Made by a program: the position numbers and the translations under genes
NCBI GenBank assembly: GCA_003670915.1
Contig: QWQH01000090.1
Span: 1 to 46,057, forward strand
DNA length: 46,057 nt
Origin: Planctomycetota bacterium
GTDB lineage: Bacteria > Planctomycetota > Planctomycetia > Pirellulales > UBA1268
Direction of reading: 5' to 3'
Notes under the pieces: model-generated
Seen by the model: the letters and a program-made list of their open reading frames with translations, nothing else
Told to the model about the DNA's origin: nothing
Databases searched by the model: none
Part shown: positions 29,344-38,277 of the stretch, in pieces
Position numbering within the stretch: position 1 is the first letter of the stretch
How the letters are laid out: every line of letters starts with the position of its first letter

Positions 29344-29874
29344 CTATTTGCCGACAGATTTTTTGCGCTTGTCGCGTCGGGCCTGCGTGGTGTTCTCGCG
29401 ATGCTTGCTCTTGCTAGGGGCGTGCCCCGGCGTTCCTGTCGATGCAATAAATGGAAACTCGCACAGAGGAACGCTCGTTGTAGGTTCGGCGAGCAGCTCT
29501 GCCAGCGTTGACTTGCGAAACGCTCCTTCCATCGCTGCCAGCGAGTCGTCGATCCGCTTGTGCAAAGGGCAGAGTTGCGAGCCATGCGACTTGAGTCCCA
29601 GTGGGCAGACATGGATTCGGCAGAGTGGCTCGACGGCGTTTACCACTTCCAAAATCGTGAGCTGCTCGGGAGATTTCGCAAGCCGAAAGCCGCCGTGCAG
29701 TCCTCGCTGACCCACCACAACACCACCGCGGTGCAGCGACTGGAGAACCTTGGAAAGATATGGCCCCGGCACTTTGGTGCCCCTAGCAATCTTTGCGTTG
29801 GTGTGCGCAGTCATCGGATCGGCCGCCAAAAAAACGACTGCCCGCAGGGCGTATTCGACAGTTTGCGAAAGCAT
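29344..29874 (-). CDS. Rrf2-family transcriptional regulator (Cys/His-containing)
   Basis: SQTVEYALRAV, YLSKVLQSL, RGLHGGFRLA, CPLGLKSHGSQLCPLH. Confidence 0.93.
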   Translation of the reverse strand: MLSQTVEYALRAVVFLAADPMTAHTNAKIARGTKVPGPYLSKVLQSLHRGGVVVGQRGLHGGFRLAKSPEQLTILEVVNAVEPLCRIHVCPLGLKSHGSQLCPLHKRIDDSLAAMEGAFRKSTLAELLAEPTTSVPLCEFPFIASTGTPGHAPSKSKHRENTTQARRDKRKKSVGK

Positions 29875-29904
29875 AGGGAATGAAAAGCGGGCAGCGGAAA
29901 CAAA

Positions 29905-29978
29905 AGTGGACCTTGACGTCCACTCTAGGCCCTGTAGTATGGGCGTCAAGCGATAACTGGATAAAGAACTCCAGTTAT
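29905..29978. promoter_or_regulatory. Divergent overlapping sigma-70 promoters with two palindromic operators
   Basis: Plus strand TTGACG(29913)-16-TAGTAT; minus strand TTGACG(29949)-16-TAGAGT; palindromes AGTGGAC-N6-GTCCACT (29905-29924) and ATAACTGGA-N8-TCCAGTTAT (29953-29978). Confidence 0.75.
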
Positions 29979-30038
29979 TGCCTGCGGCCTAGCGTTGCCG
30001 GTTGCTGGCCGTGAAATGGCTATGTGGAGGAAGAATCG

Positions 30039-30575
30039 ATGAAGATGCAGCAATGGTTTGGTGTGTTTCTTTGTGTTTGGTTTGGGACCGTGTTGGGCGT
30101 GTGCGCCCCAGAAGGAATTGTGGAAACAGTCTCCTCGACTGACCCAGCCGTGGTGCGGGCGCGTCGCGAGGTTCGGCTTTTGGATGATATTTACAAGACA
30201 GCAATCGTTCTAATTACGAAGCACTACGTGCAAGACGAGTCAGACTTGGCGGCAGGAGAGGCCTTTAAAGTGCTTTTTCAGGGAGTCGAAAAAAACGGCT
30301 GGCATCAGGTGCGTCTCCTTGATGCAACGGGCACGCCGATCAACGAAGAAAACCTTCCTCGGGACGATTTTGAACGGCAGGCAATCCAAGCGATCCGGGC
30401 CAACAAGGTGGGCTACGATCAGGTCGAAATCCGCGACGGCAAGCGATACCTGAGGGCGGCAACGCCAATTCCAATGGTAATGGAGAAGTGCACGATGTGC
30501 CACGAACAGTATCAGGCCATAACTCATGCGGTCGGTGCGTTGAGCTATACGCTGCCACTGGAACCTCACCAGTAA
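30039..30575 (+). CDS. Secreted DUF3365/Tll0287-like monoheme c-type cytochrome
   Basis: Signal peptide, LLDDIYK..IVLIT, N.P.DDFE..AI, heme motif CTMCH, GALSY; GGAGG RBS 8 nt upstream. Confidence 0.82.
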   Translation: MKMQQWFGVFLCVWFGTVLGVCAPEGIVETVSSTDPAVVRARREVRLLDDIYKTAIVLITKHYVQDESDLAAGEAFKVLFQGVEKNGWHQVRLLDATGTPINEENLPRDDFERQAIQAIRANKVGYDQVEIRDGKRYLRAATPIPMVMEKCTMCHEQYQAITHAVGALSYTLPLEPHQ

Positions 30576-30732
30576 ACCGTTTGGGATCGCGTTGACCCCT
30601 GTGAGAGCAGACCTGAACGAGCTTTTTTAGGATCGCTCTTACAGAAACGAGCAGTTCAACTCATTCGCCGTGGTGCCCCCGCGAGCCTTTCGCGGGATAG
30701 AATGCTATCGGTAGAGCGGGGGTTTTCGGCGA

Positions 30733-33123
30733 TTGCAGGGTGCGCAGTTGCGAAACGGCGGGTCAGCGGTTCACAATGCGGTACGGCTTCGCCTCGGAAG
30801 GGCTGCAGCACCTGAGACGACACCTGAGACGATTCGTTTGATACGTTCCTCGCCACCGCAGCGCATCGCCTTTCTTGGCGATTACTTGCCTCGCCTGTGT
30901 GGGATCGCGACGTTCACGCACGATCTGTGCGAGGCCGTTGCCTTAGCTGCGCCTGCTGCGGATTGTTTTGTTGGCGCTGTGAACGATTGTGAGAAAGGAT
31001 ACGACTATTCTTCTCGCGTGCGATTCGAAATGCTCGAAAAGGACTTGGATTCCTATCGAAGAGCCGCAGATTTCCTGAATTTCAATAATGCCGATGTGCT
31101 CTGCGTGCAGCATGAGTTTGGCATTTACGGCGGCGCGGCCGGCAGTTATGTGTTGGCGCTGCTCAAGGAAGTGCGGATGCCGGTGGTGACAACGTTGCAC
31201 TCCATCTTGAGTGAGCCAAATACTGCCCAGCGACACGTCATGGACGAACTGGTGGCCCGCAGCGATCGGCTTGTGTCGATGGCCGAAAGAGGAGCCGAGA
31301 TTCTCCGGGAAACGTATGGGGTGCCTGCGTCAAAGGTGGATGTCATTCCGCATGGCATTCCAGACGTGGAGTTTATCGGCTCGGAGTTCTACAAATCACA
31401 GTTTGGGTTAGCCGATCGACAGGTGCTGCTCACGTTCGGGCTCATTGGACCTGGCAAGGGCATTGAACATGTGATCGAGGCACTACCCGAGATCGTTCGA
31501 CGGCACCCCAACGTGGTGTATCTCGTGCTCGGCGCCACGCACCCGCACCTCATTGCGCATGAGGGAGAGCGGTATCGTCTGAGTCTCGAAAGGCTCACTG
31601 AGGATCGCGGAGTGAAGGATCATGTGATTTTTTACAACCGCTTTGTGTCACTGGATGACCTGAAGGAATTCATCGGCACAACAGATATTTACCTGACCCC
31701 CTATCTCAACGAGGCACAGGTAACCTCTGGCACGCTGGCGTATGTTTTCGGGGCTGGCAAGGCGGTGGTTTCCACCCCGTACTGGCATGCGCAGGAGTTG
31801 TTGGCCGACGGCCGCGGAGTGCTCGTTCCGTTTCGTAGCCCAAGTGCCATCGCGGCAGCCGTGTGCGACCTCTTGGACGATCCCGCAAGGCTTGAAAAAA
31901 TCCGTCGCGAGTCCTACCAAATCGGTCGGCAGATGATTTGGTCTGCTGTTGGAAAGCGGTACCTAGACTCGTTTAGCCATGCCTGCGCTGATCGGAAAGC
32001 CACGCCTCGGGCGGCTTTTGCCGGTTGGACTTTGGGGAATCGGCCCTACGATCTGCCACCTCTGCGACTGGATCATGTTCTGCGCATGAGCGATGGCACA
32101 GGCATCTTTCAACACGCCATCTTTAACGTCCCAGACTTTCGCGAAGGCTATTGCACAGACGACAACGCCCGTGCCTTGATTCTCTGCTGCCTACTCGACG
32201 AGCTTGGCGGCCAGCCGCTGGCCGAGACCTTGGGTGGGCCTGCGACGACCTACCTGGCTTTTTTAGCGTCTGCATTTGATAGTTCCAGCGGGCGTTTCCG
32301 AAATTTCATGAGCCATGGTCGGCAGTGGCTGGAGGATGCTGGCAGCGAAGACAGCCATGCCAGGGCGATATGGGCCACCGGAATTGGCGCAGCACGCGCC
32401 AGAAACAGCGGCCACCGCAGGCTCTCCTCGCAACTCTTTGATCGAGGCTTAGCGGAGGTTGCCAATTTTTCCTCGCCGCGAGCCTGGAGCGCGACGCTGC
32501 TGGGCATCCACGAGTATCTGCGGCATGCCCCCGGCAATCCGGCTGCCCTTGCCATGCGAGAGGTGTTGGTCAGCAAGCTCGTTGGATTGTGGAAGGAGTG
32601 CGCCACTGAAAACTGGCCGTGGTTCGAATCCAGCGTGACATACGACAACGCCAGGCTCTGTCAAGCATTGATTGTCAGCGGGATGTGGATGCCGCACAGC
32701 GAATCGCTTCAGATTGGACTCAAGTCCTTGCGGTGGTTAGTGTCGATTCAAAAAACACAGTCGGGCTGCTTTCGTCCCATCGGCAGCAACGGTTTTTACC
32801 AACGGGATGGGGCGCGGGCAGACTTCGATCAGCAACCGCTCGAGGCACAGGCGATGGTATCTGCTTGCCACGAAGCCTTTCTTGCCACACACAACACGGA
32901 GTGGTCACGCGAGGCCAAACGGGCCTTCGAGTGGTTTCTGGGTCGCAACGACCTCGGGTTGCCGCTCTACGACTTTAGCACAGGCGGCTGCAGCGATGGT
33001 CTGCACAGCGACCGTGTCAACGAAAATCAAGGGGCCGAATCGACCTTGGCATTCCACCTCGCCCTTGCCGAAATGAACTGTGTCGAACATCTCACAACAC
33101 CCCCCCCACTCACAAACCCATGA
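30733..33123 (+). CDS. GT4 glycosyltransferase fused to a C-terminal alpha-helical glycosidase-like domain
   Basis: YLPRLCGIATFT, QHEFGIYGG, GKGIE, SGTLAY, STPYWHA; C-terminal GYCTDDNARA and NENQGAES; start codon uncertain (only TTG candidates). Confidence 0.88.
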   Translation: MQGAQLRNGGSAVHNAVRLRLGRAAAPETTPETIRLIRSSPPQRIAFLGDYLPRLCGIATFTHDLCEAVALAAPAADCFVGAVNDCEKGYDYSSRVRFEMLEKDLDSYRRAADFLNFNNADVLCVQHEFGIYGGAAGSYVLALLKEVRMPVVTTLHSILSEPNTAQRHVMDELVARSDRLVSMAERGAEILRETYGVPASKVDVIPHGIPDVEFIGSEFYKSQFGLADRQVLLTFGLIGPGKGIEHVIEALPEIVRRHPNVVYLVLGATHPHLIAHEGERYRLSLERLTEDRGVKDHVIFYNRFVSLDDLKEFIGTTDIYLTPYLNEAQVTSGTLAYVFGAGKAVVSTPYWHAQELLADGRGVLVPFRSPSAIAAAVCDLLDDPARLEKIRRESYQIGRQMIWSAVGKRYLDSFSHACADRKATPRAAFAGWTLGNRPYDLPPLRLDHVLRMSDGTGIFQHAIFNVPDFREGYCTDDNARALILCCLLDELGGQPLAETLGGPATTYLAFLASAFDSSSGRFRNFMSHGRQWLEDAGSEDSHARAIWATGIGAARARNSGHRRLSSQLFDRGLAEVANFSSPRAWSATLLGIHEYLRHAPGNPAALAMREVLVSKLVGLWKECATENWPWFESSVTYDNARLCQALIVSGMWMPHSESLQIGLKSLRWLVSIQKTQSGCFRPIGSNGFYQRDGARADFDQQPLEAQAMVSACHEAFLATHNTEWSREAKRAFEWFLGRNDLGLPLYDFSTGGCSDGLHSDRVNENQGAESTLAFHLALAEMNCVEHLTTPPPLTNP
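30809..30832 (+). repeat. Perfect 12-bp tandem duplication CACCTGAGACGA x2
   Basis: Read directly from the sequence; preserves the frame in the GT4 N-terminal leader. Confidence 0.9.
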
Positions 33124-34577
33124 GCCCTATTCGCCTTCGCCGACATGAGGTGACGCTGCTGCCAGAAAGTGCGCGTGTCATTATTCGTCCGTTTATCCCG
33201 TCGGATATCCATCGCATGACCACGATCATTGGCCGTGCGTTGGCCCTGACGGAAGATGAAGTAGCCCGTGAGTTGAGTGCGGTACGCCAGGAGTTTGATG
33301 CCCGGCACTTCGACGTCGAATCGCTTCTGACTGCGCATTATCAGAAGGTACGGCAGCATGTCTTTACGCAGCGGCCGCTCTCGCACGAACGGCAGTTGCT
33401 CATCGGCGCTTTGTTTTCGGGTGAATATGCGCTCGAGTCTGCGGCGCTCTTTAATCCATCAATTGTGCCTCACCCAGACCAAAGCGGCGTGTCCACGGGT
33501 GGTTTGCGATTCATCATGAGCCTCCGCGCGACTGGGGAAGGGCATATCAGCTCGATTGAATTTCGTTCGGGATGTATTGCGGCGGATGGCGGCATTGTCC
33601 TAGATCCGATTTCCCGATTTGTGACCGTGCCAGAGATTGTTCCCAATCCACGCTACAGAAAAAAGCGATTTATCATCAAGCTGCATGAAATGGGTTTTGG
33701 CGATACCCATGCCGCAGCCGTGATGACACCGCTGGCAGAAAACTTTACTCGCAGTGAGCTCAATCAAAGCGTGAGTTCTGTCAGGCGACAAACCCAGCCA
33801 ACCACGGGGGATCTCGTTCGCACGTTGGAATGTATTCAGTGGCTGGCAGACTCGAATTACGAGTTGCGATTTTCTGACAAGCTCACCATGAGCGAACGGA
33901 TTATTTTTCCGGTCTCGCCCAACGAGGCCAACGGCATTGAAGATGCCCGGTTTGTTCGCTTTACCGACGACGATGGATCGGTGATGTATTACGCGACATA
34001 CACCGCCTACAACGGCCGCGCGATTCTACCGCAGTTTATTGAAACGGAGGACTTCCTGCACTTCCGTATCCTCACGCTCAATGGCAGTGCGGTGCAAAAC
34101 AAAGGCATGGCTCTTTTCCCTCGTCGTATTGGCGGTCGCTATGCGATGCTCTCGCGGCAGGACGATGAGAATCTGCTTTTGATGTTCTCTGACAGCCCGC
34201 ACCACTGGAGTGATCCTCAGGTGATTCTCCGGCCCGCTGAGATGTGGGAGTGTGTGAAGATCGGTAACTGCGGGTCACCGATTGAAACGGAAGCCGGTTG
34301 GCTCGTGATTACCCACGGAGTTGGGCCGATGCGTAAATATTGTATTGGGGCTGCGTTGCTTGATTTGGACGATCCCACGCGGGTGATTGGCCGTCTGCGC
34401 GAGCCGCTGCTGGCGCCCGAAGGCGTTGAACGAGAGGGCTATGTGCCCAACGTCGTGTATAGCTGTGGATCGATGCTCCACGGTCGGGAGTTGATTTTGC
34501 CGTATGCGGTCAGTGATCGAGCCTCTGCCATAACGAGTCTGTCACTCGACGATCTGTTGGTAGCCCTCCGGAAGTAG
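33120..34577 (+). CDS. GH130-family glycosidase/phosphorylase with an N-terminal extension
   Basis: ALFNPS, GIEDARFV, NKGMALFPR, GNCGSP, GYVPNVVYSCG; ATGA-coupled to the GT4 gene. Confidence 0.85.
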   Translation: MSPIRLRRHEVTLLPESARVIIRPFIPSDIHRMTTIIGRALALTEDEVARELSAVRQEFDARHFDVESLLTAHYQKVRQHVFTQRPLSHERQLLIGALFSGEYALESAALFNPSIVPHPDQSGVSTGGLRFIMSLRATGEGHISSIEFRSGCIAADGGIVLDPISRFVTVPEIVPNPRYRKKRFIIKLHEMGFGDTHAAAVMTPLAENFTRSELNQSVSSVRRQTQPTTGDLVRTLECIQWLADSNYELRFSDKLTMSERIIFPVSPNEANGIEDARFVRFTDDDGSVMYYATYTAYNGRAILPQFIETEDFLHFRILTLNGSAVQNKGMALFPRRIGGRYAMLSRQDDENLLLMFSDSPHHWSDPQVILRPAEMWECVKIGNCGSPIETEAGWLVITHGVGPMRKYCIGAALLDLDDPTRVIGRLREPLLAPEGVEREGYVPNVVYSCGSMLHGRELILPYAVSDRASAITSLSLDDLLVALRK

Positions 34578-34855
34578 GCCGACCAACCACCACGCGATCC
34601 ACGGCCAGTGATGGGAAACTGGGACGGATTGCCCAAGCCGCGGCCTGCGTGCGTTGGCCGACCCCCTTGCCGGCCTTTTCTAGTGTGACTGTTTCGCCGC
34701 TCAAGCCATCCGAGATGCGATCTAGCGGAGAATCGATTGGTCGATGCAAAATAAAGCAATCTGACCGAAGTGAGCAAAAAACAGTCGCCTATCGGGTTGT
34801 GAGCCGGTGATACTAGGCGGGCCACCGCGGGGCAGTTGTGCAGAAAGAATAAGGA

Positions 34856-35707
34856 TTGGCTGTGAATGATGTTCGAGGGACGTTGGAGCCGTTCGTTCTT
34901 TTTGAATCGTCTGGTGTAATCGCAGTCTTTAAGCCCGCGGGCCTTCCTACGCAGTCACCGGCCGGAATCGATTCAGCAGAGGCTTGGCTACGGCGGCGGC
35001 ATCATTGTCGGTCTGACGCCGGTCATGCTATGGGCTCTGCCGGTGGCTACGTTGGCATTCCGCATCGGCTGGATCGGGCTGTGTCGGGAGTGTTACTCAT
35101 GGCCACAACGCCCCGCGCCGCGAGGAAACTTTCGCGTCAGTTCGAGCGACGGCAGATTATCAAGACATACGTCGCGATCGTGGCGTGCACAGGATCGGAT
35201 AAAGGGTCGGCCGAATCGCTTGAGCGTGGCTGCGAGCAGGGCGTGGAGTGGCGAGATCTGATCGAAAAGGTGCCCGATCAGGCCCGTGCTCGCATTGTGC
35301 AGGAGAGTGGTTCAGCGGCTCGCGAGGCGGTAACGCATGCGACACTGCTAGCCAAGCTATTTGGCAATGATTTTTTTGGTCGGCGGCAAGGGCCGCTTTG
35401 CGATCATTGGCTGGTTGAACTCTCGCCGCTGACGGGCCGGATGCACCAACTTCGAGTGCAGGCGGCCTGGCGTGGAATGCCGGTGGCGGGAGATTTCCTC
35501 TACGGTAACGGAGATCACTGTAGAACTGCCGACGAGCAACGACAGCAGCCAATTGCCCTGCATGCATTGAGTATCCAGTTTGCGGATCCCGACACCGGTG
35601 CCATGAAGACGGTGGCATCTCCACTGCCCGATTTCTGGCCAGAGGAAGTGAGCGGGATGGGGCTACGGGTGGGGCTTACGGAGTTGCGAGCCATCCGGCG
35701 TGGATAA
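34856..35707 (+). CDS. RluA-family RNA pseudouridine synthase
   Basis: KPAGLPTQ, catalytic HRLD, TGRMHQLRVQ, GDFLY, LHA. Confidence 0.92.
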   Translation: MAVNDVRGTLEPFVLFESSGVIAVFKPAGLPTQSPAGIDSAEAWLRRRHHCRSDAGHAMGSAGGYVGIPHRLDRAVSGVLLMATTPRAARKLSRQFERRQIIKTYVAIVACTGSDKGSAESLERGCEQGVEWRDLIEKVPDQARARIVQESGSAAREAVTHATLLAKLFGNDFFGRRQGPLCDHWLVELSPLTGRMHQLRVQAAWRGMPVAGDFLYGNGDHCRTADEQRQQPIALHALSIQFADPDTGAMKTVASPLPDFWPEEVSGMGLRVGLTELRAIRRG

Positions 35708-38030
35708 GCCACTGTTCTATCCACGGCTGGGTCCATGGATTCCACGTCGGATAGGCCACGGATACAACCGAAAGCCCGAGGAGTACCATCGCCACCCCTC
35801 GGCCGACCCGGCTGACAGACAGACCGTCGGCGGCCTTCACGGCCGCAGTTGCCCAGAGTGGAGCCAGCCAAAAGACCCAGCGAAATCCGCTCGTCATTCC
35901 ACCGTAGTTTCTGTCCAGTTGCTGCCTCGAAAGATAAAAGAGAATCACAACGGCCGACACTCCCCCAATGGCCATTGCGATCTCACGTTCCCCAGTTCTT
36001 GCGTGCCGGCGGCGCACGGAACCGAGCCGCCAAAGGCCTGGAATCACCAGTAGCCAGGCTGGGGTGAGCGAGACGATTCCATGATGGCCGATCAGTGCGT
36101 GCCAGGCGTAAGTGAGCTGGGACGGCTCGCCCCGATCGATGCCCTTTGGGTTTCTCCAGTAGCTCGTCAAGACCCGGCCGTTGGAAAGCGTCAGAGAGTA
36201 GTCGTACCAGTTAGCGGAATGAGTCGAAGAAGTTTCGGTAGGAGCAATTGCAAGGTTGCTAGCAGGAGCGATCACTCCAGTGCGATGGGCATAGGGAGGA
36301 AACAGGCTGCCGTGGGCCAGCCAGTTGGTGCCCAGGGCTAATGCCGCAACGAGCATCGCGGCCGGGAAAGAGGCCAGCAGAGTTCGTCGCAGATCGCTAG
36401 CGGCCAGCAAAGCCAGAACGGCTACGCACCATGCCAAAGCAGGAAGTTCGGCCGCTGCAGCGAGCCCGGCGCAGAGTCCTGCCAATCCAAAAGCCCACCA
36501 ACTTCGCAGGCCATCGCAGCGGATTCGATAGAGCAGCCACGCACTGGCCGCGGTGCAGGCAGCGGCGGGCACGTGATTCGTGAGTACGACGGCAAACGTC
36601 GAGAGCATCGTGCCGCAGGCGATGAGCGACGCCGCCCAGATACGTCCCCAGTCGGTTGTGCCGATTGCGTCGATGAGCCGGCACGTAAAGAGGATCGTGA
36701 GAGCGAGTGGCACCAGGCCGTAGAGCACCATCAGCAGTCGTCCCATCTCAAAGGGATGGTCTAAGAGCGTCCAGCCGGTGATGCTGTGAAGAAGCCAGTA
36801 GGGGCCGGCGCAGAGCACCGACAGGAGTGGTGGCTTGCTGGAATACAGTCGCAGCCGACCGCTCGAATCATGGTGGGCCACGGCGTCAAGTGTGTCCCAT
36901 CCTGGCTCCACAACAAGGGTATCAATCGCAAATGTGCCGTGTTCAACGAGCGCGCGGATTGTCAGCCAGCGGCTGCGATCGTTCCCGGAAAGAAAAGGTC
37001 GCAGGAGTCGCTTCTCCCTCTGGATGCTCGTGCGGACCGCAGCGGCATCCTCGGTGGCATCGCTGGATGCGTTCCGTGCAATGCGGTCAGACACGAGTCG
37101 ATTTTCAAGCGCAATCTTATCGACGCTGTTCACCCCGCCTATGCGTCCGAGGAGCGAACCGATTGCCACTGTGGCGACGATTCCGTAAACGCCCCACCGC
37201 AGATGGGCTCTGGAGCGACCGGCCCGTGGGTGACGGGCAGCCTCTGGAAACACAGTCTCTGTGGCCGAGTGCTGCCCGCGGCCGCGAACATGAATCGCTA
37301 CGCGCACCAGATCAGGCAGGCTGGTGAAAAATCTCGCCATGCCATATTTCGAGTGGCCGTGCGTGCGAGGCCGATGGTGCACGGGCATCTCTGCCACGCG
37401 AAAGCCTTTTGCAGCGGCGAGCACCGGAAGAAAGCGGTGCATGTCATCAGCCAACAGGATCTCGCGAGCGACCCTGCTGGAAAATGCCTTGAGCCCGCAG
37501 TTGTGGTCGTGCAACCTCAGGCCCGTCAGCCAGCCCACCAGCACGTTAAACACCCGCGAGGGGAGTGTCTTGTGCCAAGGATCGAGTCGCGGTGTCTTCC
37601 ATCCGTTGACGAGATCAACTCCAGCACCTCTGCCCCTGCTGCTGGCAGCCGTAGCGTGCTCGTTTGTCGAAGTGTCCGGGATCTCTGGAGTGGCAAGCAT
37701 TGCCAGCATTTTTGGAATTTCAGCGGGATCGTCTTGGCCGTCGCCATCGAGCATCACAATCCATGGGGCGAGGCAGCGTTGGAACCCTACGGTCAGCGCC
37801 GCCGACTTTCCGAGGCCCTTGGGTTGCCGGATTCCCTGCACGCGAGCGTCGTCGTGGGCGGCTTGGGAGATCTCCTGCCAAGAGTCATCGGTGGAGCCGT
37901 CATCCACGACAAAGAGCTCCCAGCTGTGGCCTGCGGTGTCGAGTGTTCGACGAATCTCAGCCACAAGCGGTCCAATGTTGCCTGCCTCGTTGCGCACCGG
38001 AACGACAAGTGAGACATCCGGAACGTTCAT
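35676..38030 (-). CDS. GT2 (DPM1/ArnC-like) glycosyltransferase fused to a polytopic GT-C-like membrane domain
   Basis: VVPVRNE, VDDGSTD, DGDGQDDP, DHNCGLK, HRFLP; then about 10 hydrophobic segments with a loop NDRSRW...YSSKPP. Confidence 0.82.
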   Translation of the reverse strand: MNVPDVSLVVPVRNEAGNIGPLVAEIRRTLDTAGHSWELFVVDDGSTDDSWQEISQAAHDDARVQGIRQPKGLGKSAALTVGFQRCLAPWIVMLDGDGQDDPAEIPKMLAMLATPEIPDTSTNEHATAASSRGRGAGVDLVNGWKTPRLDPWHKTLPSRVFNVLVGWLTGLRLHDHNCGLKAFSSRVAREILLADDMHRFLPVLAAAKGFRVAEMPVHHRPRTHGHSKYGMARFFTSLPDLVRVAIHVRGRGQHSATETVFPEAARHPRAGRSRAHLRWGVYGIVATVAIGSLLGRIGGVNSVDKIALENRLVSDRIARNASSDATEDAAAVRTSIQREKRLLRPFLSGNDRSRWLTIRALVEHGTFAIDTLVVEPGWDTLDAVAHHDSSGRLRLYSSKPPLLSVLCAGPYWLLHSITGWTLLDHPFEMGRLLMVLYGLVPLALTILFTCRLIDAIGTTDWGRIWAASLIACGTMLSTFAVVLTNHVPAAACTAASAWLLYRIRCDGLRSWWAFGLAGLCAGLAAAAELPALAWCVAVLALLAASDLRRTLLASFPAAMLVAALALGTNWLAHGSLFPPYAHRTGVIAPASNLAIAPTETSSTHSANWYDYSLTLSNGRVLTSYWRNPKGIDRGEPSQLTYAWHALIGHHGIVSLTPAWLLVIPGLWRLGSVRRRHARTGEREIAMAIGGVSAVVILFYLSRQQLDRNYGGMTSGFRWVFWLAPLWATAAVKAADGLSVSRVGRGVAMVLLGLSVVSVAYPTWNPWTQPWIEQWLIHAGWLATP

Positions 38031-38277
38031 GCAGCACAGGTTTTCTGGGCGGTGGGTGGAGCGTGGCAGGGAAGCGGGGCCATCCAAAAAAACCAACGCG
38101 GGCAGGGTCGTCACAGAATACTCTCACTCGAGGCGAATCGCCACCATTGACTCGTAGACGCTCAATTGCGGCTGCCGAAGTGCCACCGCCGGTGGCGCGA
38201 CAGTCGCTTTCGCGTACACTTGAGACGGATTGATCCAGCAGTGCTCCCCGTATTGCCGGCGACCGCTAGGGGATGCC

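Noticed and set aside
35676-35707. 32-bp convergent overlap of the RluA and GT2 3' ends
   Set aside because: Short tail-to-tail overlaps are common in compact genomes; no further signal
36786-38012. 408-aa plus-strand ORF
   Set aside because: Antisense shadow of the well-supported GT2 fusion gene; no recognisable motifs; common in GC-rich DNA
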